A stretch of DNA of 63,567 nt, counting the filler, from Stramenopiles sp. TOSAG23-6 (Eukaryota), in the NCBI GenBank assembly GCA_900128565.1. It is 15 parts of 15 records of this genome, joined end to end, with 100 filler letters (N's around TTAATTAATTAA, not from the genome) between each part and the next. Parts side by side here need not be neighbours in the genome. Positions count along the whole stretch, not along the records: positions 46,772 to 50,904 come from LT637258.1; positions 51,005 to 55,129 come from LT637259.1; positions 55,230 to 59,351 come from LT637260.1; 12 more parts are not named here. One strand, 5' to 3'. Made by a program: the position numbers and the translations under genes. The notes beneath the pieces were generated by a model. That model did not search any database, had not been told where the DNA came from, and saw only the letters and a list, made by a program, of their open reading frames with translations. Shown here in pieces: positions 48,032 to 59,451 of this stretch. Every line of letters begins with the position of its first letter. Positions within the stretch are counted from its first letter, which is position 1.

Positions 48032-50700
48032 TTATTTACGTTGAAGTGATAAACGAGGATTAACACTAGTTTGACTTCTTTGTAATACAACGGGTGGTGG
48101 TGCACTTCCACTACGCAAAATACGTCTCTCAGAGTTAAGCCCCTGCATAGTTTGACTTCGATTAAGATGAACTGACGGGGGTGGAGGTGGATGCAGTTGA
48201 TGATTACTATTATTATTATTATTAACTTCTAAATAAGAATGAACAGTATTTAGAAATTGTTTTGGGACTACATGTATTTTGGAAAAATATTTCAAAAACC
48301 AAAGAAATCGTTAGGTACAACATTTCGTACGATAAAAAAATCGAATTTGAAAAAAAAAAAATAAAACATACATTGTTCCTTGCAGATTCAGGTCCAGCGA
48401 ACCTTACAAGATGTTGCAAATCTATAATACAACGTTGAAATCGTTCACGAGCATAAGCAACACCTTCCCCAGCACCCCATCGAAAATGCCAACATCCTCT
48501 TCCTCTTGGAGCTGGCCCACATTCTCTGAAACTTCCTTTCGTCACAAGCATTTGTCGTTGTACAGTGCTAAGTAAAATAGTTTTATTATCACGACTTCTT
48601 TGTTTTACCGTTGCTAACCAAGTCGGTGCAATTCCATTAGGCGTCGATCTTGACATTCGTAACAGGAAAGTTCCTTGATTTTCCCCTGAATCTTTTAATA
48701 TTTCACTATATTGACTCACTGGAAGCCATCCATGAAGAAGTTTTGTTGGCTTTTGTATAACCCATAAACCTTGAATTTCTTCAATCATTTTCATCCAAAG
48801 TGTCCAGAAATAGACCCAAAATCTTTCAAATTCAGCAAATGTCACTATCAAATCAATATCATTTGATTTATTATTTATATTATTTATATTGGTATGATCT
48901 TTAGATGTTTTTTTTGGAGGGAACCATTTTGGGTATCCATCAGCGACTAAACCGAAGAGTTCAGATGGAATCAGAGGGCGTTGAGTCGATGCTAAAGGAA
49001 ATGATGAATTAAAATGATTACATAGACTTTGGGCAAGAACAGACCATTGTGTAGTCGTTGTTGTAGTCATTTGAGACCAAAATGCTGATGCTGTATTTGC
49101 AATAGGATATGGAGTGGTGGGTATAACTATAGACTCTGTATTATTGCTAGCATTTCCTATTTTTGATACAGTATTATGAGAATCAAGAGGGAATGGATCT
49201 GATGATGATCGATATTGTATTGGTTTTTGAAAATTAGCAACCGTTGATCGAATTAAAGATATATAAGCTTCTCTATCATCAAGTAAATTTGTATGTTTTT
49301 GTAGTGCAACTTCATACACAGCTTTAGGTATACCTTGAAATGCTTTAATTAAATTACTTTTTGAAAATCTTTTAAAATCAGTCATTTCGGTCCAATCATT
49401 CCATTCATCAGAATCCATATTTTGTTAAACAGTATCTTTACACTTTAAAATTTATTAGGTAAAACATTTTGTTACAAAAAAAAAATACATTTGAACAATA
49501 TATTTGAACAATACATTTGAAAAACAAATGTTACAAGTAGGTACAAAATTTGTTTTACGAAAAAACAAAAAAATCAACTTCAAATGATGTCAATAAAAAC
49601 GTACATATCATCAATTTCATCACTTCGCATTTGATCCATTTCTATCAAAGTTAACATATTTGAGCATAAAGAATCAAACAACTCTGCACAATGAATATCA
49701 TGGAGACGTCCTATATGTACCACTTTATGAGGGATCAAAGTAGGAGGGGATACACATGTTATAATTACTTTTACATATCGTGTACTTGATAATTTTTGTA
49801 AAAAATCTGAAAAACATCGAGTAAATATTTTTTCTGTAAAGATTTCGTGATATGAACGAGGTGTTTCTATATTATTCTGACTAGGATATACTAAATTTTT
49901 GTTTGTAAATGTACCACTAGGATGACCATGTATTTTGCTTTTACTCTCTGGACTATTTACATTATTTACAGTTGTATACAACAAGTGTTCACATGTATTG
50001 TAAAAAAAATTAAATTCGAAATTTGTTAGGTACAAAATTTCGTACGAAAAAAAAAATAAATTTGAAATTCATAATGAAAACATACAACCATCTATAAATA
50101 AAAGTAATTTATCACTAGAATCTCTTCCAAACATTTTTTGCATTTCTAATAATAATTTTTGGGCACAAAGTATCCCTTTCCTATTAATTCTATTATCTAT
50201 ATTTATTTGTCCGGATTTTTCATTTTTATTACCATTTTGAAGATTTGTTTCATCTTGAATATTTTGTATTTTAACTTTACGTGATGTATTATTCAGTAAT
50301 ATCTGTGAAAAAAATGGTACAAATTGTGATTCACATAACTCACTTATTGCATCGGTCATACTTAGTGAATAACCATATGTTTGTTTTGTACTTATTTGGT
50401 ATTCCTTGACTTCATGTATTTTGTTTAATATTTTACACATTGTTTTTTTTTTGTTAGGTATGCATTTTGTAAAAAAACAAAAAACAAATCCTAAAAAAAT
50501 AAACTTTTGAAATGAATGATGAAAACATACATGTACTGAAGGCAAACGCAATGGTCCATTAAATGTCACCATTCGTGCATGTTTGAAATGACCAATTCTT
50601 TGACCAATATACTCAATAGACCGTAAAGCGAGTGTAGTTTTACCAATTCCCCTATTACCCACAATCGCAATACATTGACAATTTTCAGATCTTCGAGAAT
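48032..50700 (-). CDS. Multi-exon protein with a P-loop (GNRGIGKTT) and a C-terminal SH2-like domain, partial
   Basis: Walker A, LLLFIDG (Walker B-like), and HGWL...GTFLLRMSRSTP.GIA.TW. Confidence 0.65.
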
Positions 50701-51115
50701 TTACACAGGTAGCAAGTTCATATATATATTGTGAAAAAATATTTTTTTTTTTTGGTTTTTGGAGTACAAAAAAATGTTAGGTATGAAATTTTCATCGTAA
50801 AAAAAATAATAAAATCCATGATTGATGAAAACAAAAAAAAACAAAAAAATATAATAAAATCCATGATTGAGAAGCTTATATATCTTTAATTCGATCAACG
50901 GTTGNNNNNNNNNNNNNNNNNNNNNNNNNNNNNNNNNNNNNNNNNNNNTTAATTAATTAANNNNNNNNNNNNNNNNNNNNNNNNNNNNNNNNNNNNNNNN
51001 NNNNTTTTTTTTTTTTTTTTTTTTTTTTTTGAAAAATGTGTTAGGTACAATATTTCGTATGAAAAACAAACACAAAAAAAAAAAAAAAAAATCAAAATTC
51101 ATATTGAAAACGTAC

Positions 51116-51864
51116 ATAACATTCAGATCACTAGTTGTCTTTTTTTTAAGGGTTTGAACAGAAAGAACATTTGAAAAAGGTCCCCATCCTTTGGCATTGA
51201 CTACTCGAACTCTTAATAAATAAGTTTGTTGAGATTTTAACCCAGTCAGGAGATATTCTTGACGACCTACAATACGTACCGCTTGCCATGCACCAACAAA
51301 TCTAAAACCAAATTGTAACTCAAAGTGCAAATTAGAATTGTCTTCAACTTCATCCACATCATCAGCTGCAGGAGCCCATCTTACAAATATAGTATTTTCT
51401 CCGCGTTCAATAACTGTAAGACCTTTTGGTTTATGAGGGGCCCGTTTGACAGACAGTGCCTTTGTGACTTCTTTTCGGGCAAGAAAATTTTGTAGTCGAT
51501 CAATTACTGCCATGGTATTTCTGTCTTCTTTACATTGTTGTGCGTATATTCTATGGAGATCAGCAAACTCCAAGATATCCTGTTCAGTTAATACGCGACG
51601 AACATTACAGAGTTCGCCTTCTCTTTTCTTTAACACTTCTAAAATGTGACTTCCTCTTTCCTCCGAAACACCAGGTTTCTGAGAAACAATGCTACTTATA
51701 GTTGGTGCAGGCTTCATCGCACCCGCTGGTACAGGAACAAAAGAATTTAGTTCAGCCAAAGCAGGCGGATCTTCCATTGGTTCAGTTACAATGGATGTAT
51801 TAACATTGGCAGAAGATGAAATAGACAAAGAAGGAGTTTCGGCTGTTTGAGAAACATCAGGCAT
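51116..51864 (-). CDS. Fibronectin type III domain protein, 5' exon
   Basis: APHKP.GL, IFVRW, LTGLK..QTYLLRVRVVNAKGWGPFS. Confidence 0.85.
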
Positions 51865-52384
51865 TTAAAAAACAAAGGAATCACGAGGCAAAATAAGCCC
51901 CAGCTAATTCGACTACTACTCGAGTTTGATAATTATTGATTCCTTTTTTAAAACAGATTGAAGTATAATTCAAAATAATAAATATATTAGACTCTAATGA
52001 ATACACTACCACAGCAAAATTCTATTATTCTTCGTAATAGGAAGTGAAATTGTGTGATTACTCTCTTCTTTTCGCTCTCGAGTGGTCATAATAATTTTAT
52101 ATCATGACTTCGCTTAATAATAATAATAATAATCGACTTTTATTTTTTTGAGTCTAGGGTTAGGGTTACCGAACTATAATGAAAGTGACTTGAGTGAAAT
52201 TCAGAATTCTTAGTAACAATATAAACATTATAATCATATTGAAAAACTCTAAAAATTATACAATATGTTTATAGTTATATATATGGCACTCCAATAATTT
52301 GTGTGCTGCAAGGATATTTTTCTTTCTACCTTCTACTTCTAGTCAAAGAATTAATAATCTTAGTCTACACCATTATAATTGTAA

Positions 52385-53509
52385 TTACTTTTTTTCACCA
52401 CCACTGTCACCGCTTTGAGTAGCATTTCCTTTGCCACCTCTGCTACCTTTGCCGCGGCGGCCACCGCGAACCCTGCGGTTTTTTGTTCTTTGTACGACGG
52501 GATTTTTTGTTCTTTGTACGACGGGATTTTTTGTTCTTTGTACGACGGGATTTTTTTTTCTTTGTACGACGGCATTTTTTTTTCTTTGTACGACGGGCTT
52601 TCTTAGTGCGACGGGCTTTCTTAGTGCGACGGGCTTTCTTGTTTTAAGTACGACGGGCTCGGTCGTAATAGTGACAGTTTCTCCCCTAATTGTGATACCC
52701 ATACACCTATCAGCTGCATCTTGTTCTTTAAAAGTAACAAATGCTCTCCCCCAAAACCCATTTATTTGTTGTAAAGGATTCAAATCCTCTATTGTACCAC
52801 CACAGTTCTCTTCTAAAACAGCACGAAGATATGCTTTGAAAAGTTTGCGTCCAGAATTATTGGGTCTGAAGCGGGAGGCTTCAGGTGTAGTGTGTTGTAG
52901 CTTTACGAATACTTTACGTGGATCGTCACGTGCAATTGGATGATACGGTTCTGCTGTCCGTGGAAATTTTGGAACTGTAAATTTTAGAGGTGCTTCTGCA
53001 GCAGACGCTATGGGATCAGCGTTTTTCTTATCTTCCTCTAAAAGATCCTCCGCCATTCCGAAGGCGAGTTCGAGGCTTTGTTCGAGGATTTCTTGTTCGA
53101 GGCGTTCGAGGCGTTGGCGTTCTTGTTCGAGCCGTTGGCGTTCTCGTTCGTCGCTGCTGCGTTTCCAACTCCCTTCGTCACCGGTTTCATCAATGACACT
53201 AGACGGCGGCCCCCAAATGTCCGCCTCCCCCGTTAGATGCTGGATTGACAGCGGTGAAGGAGATCTCACTGGTGAGATTGTAGGTGTCCTCAGTAGTGTA
53301 TTAGTTGCCTGAACAACATTTTCATCAGCAGGAAAAGTAGCGGCATCACCACCACCAAATGCACCAAATCCACCATCAGCAGCACCAGGGTAAAAAGCGT
53401 CTGCATCAACATTTAAATGCATAGCATTAGCATCTTGAAAGATGCCATGCATAGCATTAGCAACTTGATAGATGCCCATAAGCACCATCAAAGATATAGA
53501 AGTCTTCAT
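52385..53509 (-). CDS. RRM-like protein with putative signal peptide, basic tandem repeats and an RGG-like tail
   Basis: RKVFVKL (RNP2-like), GRAFVTF (RNP1), repeats PVALRK and PVVQRTKN, RGGRRG. Confidence 0.7.
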   Translation of the reverse strand: MKTSISLMVLMGIYQVANAMHGIFQDANAMHLNVDADAFYPGAADGGFGAFGGGDAATFPADENVVQATNTLLRTPTISPVRSPSPLSIQHLTGEADIWGPPSSVIDETGDEGSWKRSSDERERQRLEQERQRLERLEQEILEQSLELAFGMAEDLLEEDKKNADPIASAAEAPLKFTVPKFPRTAEPYHPIARDDPRKVFVKLQHTTPEASRFRPNNSGRKLFKAYLRAVLEENCGGTIEDLNPLQQINGFWGRAFVTFKEQDAADRCMGITIRGETVTITTEPVVLKTRKPVALRKPVALRKPVVQRKKNAVVQRKKNPVVQRTKNPVVQRTKNPVVQRTKNRRVRGGRRGKGSRGGKGNATQSGDSGGEKK

Positions 53510-53776
53510 ATTGTTGATATATATGTAATATTTACCGAATGAACAACAACCCCGCATCCCTAAAATTATAACCGCCGAGCGCTATATATTTTTTGAGTTC
53601 AGTTCCTCGCGAAAATTTTTCTTTTTTCGTGTAAAATATTATGTCGATTAGATTCTCTCATGACAAATTGTAGAAAATATTTAACTTTAGTTCAATAGAA
53701 CGCTACTAGTAGTCACATTCATTTTTCTAGTAGTACAAAAAAACTATACTACTTATCGTCGAATTATCTTGGTAGC

Positions 53777-54490
53777 ATGGCTCTCGTACCATTTTCTTAT
53801 AATAGCCCATTTGCATCTGATAAGCTACAACTACCCGTGAGACTATTTAGATTTGGGGACCGCACTGTGAATATGCAGCAGGGTTGGCGAGCAGATGGGA
53901 AAGGAGGTTCTCAACTAGGCTTTGGCAAAAGTGTTTATGATGCTAGTTTTGTACTTGCAGATTTTGTGTACAATCATTGTAAAGATTTTCTCGGGAGACG
54001 TGTCGTAGAGGTTGGTGCTGGTTTAGGTTTAGTGTCTATTGTAGCTTCAATTTGTGGGGCTTCTGAAGTGTGTTCTACTGACGGGGACTCTGAGCTTGTG
54101 GCTTCAGATGGGCTTTTATCCATTAACCTCGATAGAAATCTTACAAAAACAGAACGCAAGCGAGTGACTACTTCCCAGTTGATATGGGGAGATAAAAAAG
54201 CCACGGCTGCACTACAACCGCCTTTTGACTTTGTTGTAGCATCTGATGTCGCGGCTTGTCCGTATGCGGACTCACTGGACCTTCTAGCCTATAATCTTAA
54301 ATCTCTTAGTGGTCCAAATACTATAGTATATTTATCATACAAACCTAGAAATTCTTTAGAAAAAAAATTCTTTAAAAAGATAAATACTTTTTTTCATATG
54401 GAGTTGGTATCAAACTCTTTACTTCACAAAGATTTTGTACAGTCTGATATTGAATTATTTCGTTTACGCCTTCGAGACAATGTTAAATAA
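53777..54490 (+). CDS. METTL21-like (Methyltransf_16) protein lysine methyltransferase
   Basis: G.SVYDASFVL, VVEVGAGLGL, STD, L.WG, FDFVVASDV. Confidence 0.9.
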   Translation: MALVPFSYNSPFASDKLQLPVRLFRFGDRTVNMQQGWRADGKGGSQLGFGKSVYDASFVLADFVYNHCKDFLGRRVVEVGAGLGLVSIVASICGASEVCSTDGDSELVASDGLLSINLDRNLTKTERKRVTTSQLIWGDKKATAALQPPFDFVVASDVAACPYADSLDLLAYNLKSLSGPNTIVYLSYKPRNSLEKKFFKKINTFFHMELVSNSLLHKDFVQSDIELFRLRLRDNVK

Positions 54491-54646
54491 TAATTAATGT
54501 GTATATAAATACTAGTAAAATATAATTTTTTTTTTCTAAATTTTTTTTTATACCAAACAAATTTCAAAGGCAATTCATTTGATTTTACAAAATCATACTT
54601 TAGTTTTACACAGTGTAAAGTCAATTATAAAGTCAAAAATATATCT

Positions 54647-55065
54647 CTACAAATCACCAAGGTCAATTGTATCATCTTCCAGATCTTCAGCAGCATCATT
54701 GATTACAGCACTATTTTCATCAATATTCTTGATATCAACAATTTGTTTAGGGGTATCATCATTAAGTAAAGTACTATCTTTTGTACCATTTTCAATCTGG
54801 GTATTATCATCACTTTTGCTAGTGTCCATCTTAGTTTTCCACATTTGCGCCATTTGTAGAATTTTAAGACCTGATGCAGCTTTTTTATCATCTGGAAAGA
54901 CATAATCGTAGTATTCTTCCCAACCAGCGGAGCTACCATCAGGTAATTGAATTGCTCTCTTTTTCTTTACTTTCTCGGGCATCATTGCCTTTACTTCGTT
55001 TACCTTTGCTTCGTCAATATTTTCTCTGCTTTCTTCAACATTGAGCCAATGAGTTAGGATAGTAC
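54647..55065 (-). CDS. CRNKL1: Crooked neck/Clf1 spliceosome (NTC) protein, last exon
   Basis: MPEKVKKKR...DGS.AGWEEYYDYVFPDD...LKILQMA..WK. Confidence 0.9.
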
Positions 55066-55295
55066 ATGTATTTTGGAAAAATATTTCAAAAAAAAATCGT
55101 TAGGTACGAAATTTCGTATGNAAAAAAAANNNNNNNNNNNNNNNNNNNNNNNNNNNNNNNNNNNNNNNNNNNNTTAATTAATTAANNNNNNNNNNNNNNN
55201 NNNNNNNNNNNNNNNNNNNNNNNNNNNNNGTTAGGTACAAAATTTCGTACGAAAAAAAAATCGATTTTTTTGTTAAAAAAAAAAATAAAAAATAC

Positions 55296-55996
55296 ATGCA
55301 TTTCGAAGCATATGTCTCAACCTCTTTCAACAGATCTGTGGTATAATTACTAACTCCAATCCAACGACACTTTCCATTTTCTCTTGCCTCCTCAAGTGCA
55401 GCCCACGTTGCTGCTCGAGCATTTTCTCCCTTTGTTGTCCCAAATAATTTCTTTTTTTCCCAAGCAACTTTCCGTCTTGTTTCGAGCAAAGTTAGTCGTT
55501 CTGTTGGAGTAAAATCTGGTTGTGTTGGATCATTTAGATCATTGGAAAGCTCAAAAAAATGAGGAGCACATGATGCTCGATACTCTTCAATATCAGATGC
55601 AGGGTTATGAATCAATATTAAATCGACGTAGTCTAAACCAAGAAGTGTTAAGCACTCATCAATTGCTTTCTGCGTTGATTCTTTTCCCTTTCGATTATTT
55701 TCATGAAACACAATAGGAACCCACGTATTTTTGCCATTAGCATCCTCGGGATAAAACCCAATTTTCGTAGTGACAAACAGTTCTTCACGTGTTACAAATC
55801 CTGCCTCAATTGCTTGCCGAATTCCTTTTCCAACAGCCTCTTGATTATTGTAAAGCAAAGCAGTATCAATTGCACGATACCCTAATTTAATAGCTGTACA
55901 AACAGCGTTAGAGCAAATCTCGTGGTGTAAAGTAGCAGTGCCAAGTCCAATCTTTGGGATCTCTCCTTGCTGACCTCTCACCGAAAACGAAAACAT
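55296..55996 (-). CDS. Aldo-keto reductase, 5' exon
   Basis: PKIGLGT, GYRAIDTA..Y.N, REELFVTTK, LDYVDLILIH.P, IGVSNY. Confidence 0.93.
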
Positions 55997-56338
55997 GAGA
56001 GTTATGGTAATGCAAGCTGTGAAGTAGAGTGAATTCAGAACCAGAGTAAAAATAATTTATTGAAANGAAAACTTAAAAGAGCCACTACAGGTGAAGGTAC
56101 TTTTTTAAATAATTTATCGTGATAGATGGAGATTTTGAAAAATGACCGAAACAACCATACCCGGTAATTATCAATAGATAGTATTATTATTCATCTTCTG
56201 TGCTTCAAGCCTTCAACAACCTTTTGAATCTCAATTCTGTGATTTGATTAATAAATATAAGAATAAGATATGGATTTCAAATTTATTTTTACTAGAAAAT
56301 GAAAATTTATCTGTGTAATAATCTCCAAATAATTTCTA

Positions 56339-59260
56339 CTAGTATTTTGATGATTTCAATAAAAAAATTACACAATACGTATGTATTTTGGAAAAATATT
56401 TCAAAAAAAATCTAAAAAAATCGTTAGGTACAAAATTTTTATAAAAAAAAAATCGATTTTTTGTTAAAAAAAAAAATAAAACATACATTTGCTTTATCAT
56501 CAGCTGCTGTGAGAAATCCCATTATTGAAAATAAAAACATGAGTGTTAAAACAAATGTAAGTATAGGCAATTGTTGTTGCATTTGATCCCATTCAATAAC
56601 ACCATTACCTGCCATGATGATGTATTTTGTAAAAATATTTCAAAAAAAAAAATTTAAAATTTTTGTTAGGTACAAAATTTTCAAAAAAAAAAAAACAATT
56701 CAAAATTGAAAAACCCTAACCCTAACCCTAACAAAACATACATCCCAAATAATGAAACAATGCTAACAAAAATCCAAATCCCATTAAATAATGCCAGAAT
56801 TTTAGACGATAGAGAACGTTTTGTAGTTAATTCTAACATTGTTGTGCGATGCATAAATTTGCGAAAACTTCGACTTTTTTTTAATTCACCTTTTTTCAAT
56901 TCTAACCCACAACATAATTTGACACGTTTGGCACATTTATTTTGGAAAAATATTTCAAATTTTTTTTTTTTTTNNNNNNNNNNNNNNNNNNNNNNNNNNN
57001 NNNNNNNNNNNNAAAAAAAAAAAACGTTTTTTTTTTACCGGAAAAAAAAAAAAAAAAAACATACATGGTCTTCGAACTTTTGAATTACAACAGCAGCAGA
57101 AGAATATTAATAATGATACGAATATGACACCACCAAAAATAGCCCATTCAAGCACAATGTCCGATTCACCGTATAATATACCAGTAATCGCTTCATGCTT
57201 ACAAAACTCTTCTGGGTCAGGACATGTATTTTGGAAAAATATTTCAAAAATAAATTGGTTAGGTACAAAATTTCGTATGAAAAATAAATTCGATTTTTTT
57301 TTTTTTTTTTCCGGTAAATAAAAAAAAAAAACTAAAACATACATGTAATACTTCCACTAAATCCAGGTAAATGAACATTCCCACCACCAGCGGGACATTT
57401 ATACCAGGAAGAATTTAGTCGACCTCTAATCTTAAATTGAAGATATGTTGGACTATAGCAATTCATCGCATAACATAAACCATATTTGCTCATACTTGGA
57501 TCAAATTTAAGAGAGCCTATGTATTTTAGAAAAATATTTCAAAAAAAATTCAAAAAAAATTGTTAGGTACAAAATTTCGNNNNNNNNNNNNNNNNNNNNN
57601 NAATTTCAATTTCAAATTTAAAAAAAAAAAATAAAACATACAATTCAACAAGACTACTTTCGAAACATCGACAATTCTTACAATGTGATTGACCACCAAA
57701 GAGCTGTAAGTCTGTGGATAAAGTGTTAAAGACACCAGAGAAATCTTGACTTGTATCAGGAGCGGATTGCATGTATTTTGGAAAAATAATTCAACATTTT
57801 TTTAAAAAAATTGTTAGGTACAACATTTCGTACGAAAACTAACTAAAAAAAAAAACTTTCAATTTTTTTGTTAAAAAAAAAATAAAACGTACATCTTACT
57901 TCTTGTACTTGACGGCTTATCATCTAAACAAGACCAGTACCCAACTCTAACAGGTGCATGATCCATTGCGGGTGAAAATCCACCTAAAATCCCTCCTGTT
58001 CCACTTAATTTTGATCCATCTTCAGTACCAAAATAAGTATAAATGTTTGGTAGATATGGATAATTTGCATTTTCCCAACATTTCACACTCGAACTTTCAC
58101 CATTACAACCAGCTTGTTTTGAAGCTTTATGATCTGAAGTTGGACCATACTGCACAAGATTACAACGGGCACTCATTCTATTATCAGGAGTACAGCCCCC
58201 TTCATTTGGTTTTGAAGCTTTACATGCGTATTTATCGCTCCATGCACCAGCACTACCTCGAAGGAATCTGCAGCCTTCACCACGACCCCAGCGAAGAAAC
58301 CCAGGCGTTCGGACAGAGGCTAATGATAAATCTGTAATTGTCTTTGCTCCAGTGATTACTGCAGTCCAACTTGAACTTTCGCCTTCATGTATTTTGGAAA
58401 AATATTTCAAAATTTTTTTACCAAAAAAAAAAAAAATTTGTTAGGTACAAAATTTTTTGAAAAAAAAAATTCAAAATTTTTTAAGAAAAAAAAATAAAAC
58501 ATACATCTTTTGATGTCGTAGCAAGTAAACGACCTCCCCAACTAAATGCAGGTGAAGCTACTGTTGAATTAAAAAAATCAGATTTGAAAACATTGATCCA
58601 ATCGTTTGAAGTTACAGGATTTGTTGAATTACTAATGACTTCACCATCTGCACCTAACGTTAAAGCATCGTCCACAGACACATTAGGTTTAGGGGTGTCG
58701 GTATTCGTTGATTCTTTAGGGCTTGTAGTAGTTGTTGTTGTAGAGCCTGAAGTAGAGCCTGAAGTAGAGCCTGAAGTAGAGCCTGAAGTAGAGCCTGAAT
58801 CATTTGGTATTATTTGAGTTGTTTGAGTTTCAGTTTTTTTAGCAGATCCAGAATCAGCATTTTTCATCTCTCGCATTATAACGTACTGCCGAGTATCTTC
58901 AAGAAAAGCTAAAGTAATATCAGACAGATAGGGTTCACCTGTACCTCCACCATAGGACATGACTGCAGGACCGAATAAGCGAGCTTCCCAGTGAGAATTT
59001 TTACCTAATGGCAAATCTTCAAGTGGTACACCTTCAATCTCATTACAACCAAATTGTGTCTTGGCTAAAAGAAGAACAAGAGGTGTTTTCAATAATAAAG
59101 TGCGTTTGTTATAATAACTTTCAGACATTGTCAAACCAGTCGATACGCCTTCTTTATAATCACCATCGGAATCATAAAAATAAATATCTTTTTCAGCTAC
59201 TTTTGTTCCATATAGTGAAACATCTTTTGTTGTAGTTTCGTCATGTCTAAACCTTTGCAG
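56339..59260 (-). CDS. Leishmanolysin/GP63-like (peptidase M8) protein with a Cys-rich region and TM segments, partial, multi-exon
   Basis: GVPLED...SHWEAR...MS...LSDITLAFLED...Y, WGRGEGC.FL; about 8 family introns; ends approximate. Confidence 0.85.
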
Positions 59261-59451
59261 TTGAAAATATTAAAATTTTTTTTTTTTTTTGTTAGGTACA
59301 AAATTTCGTATGAAAACCAAATTTTTTTTTGGGGATTTTTTTGGGATTTTTNNNNNNNNNNNNNNNNNNNNNNNNNNNNNNNNNNNNNNNNNNNNTTAAT
59401 TAATTAANNNNNNNNNNNNNNNNNNNNNNNNNNNNNNNNNNNNNNNNNNNN

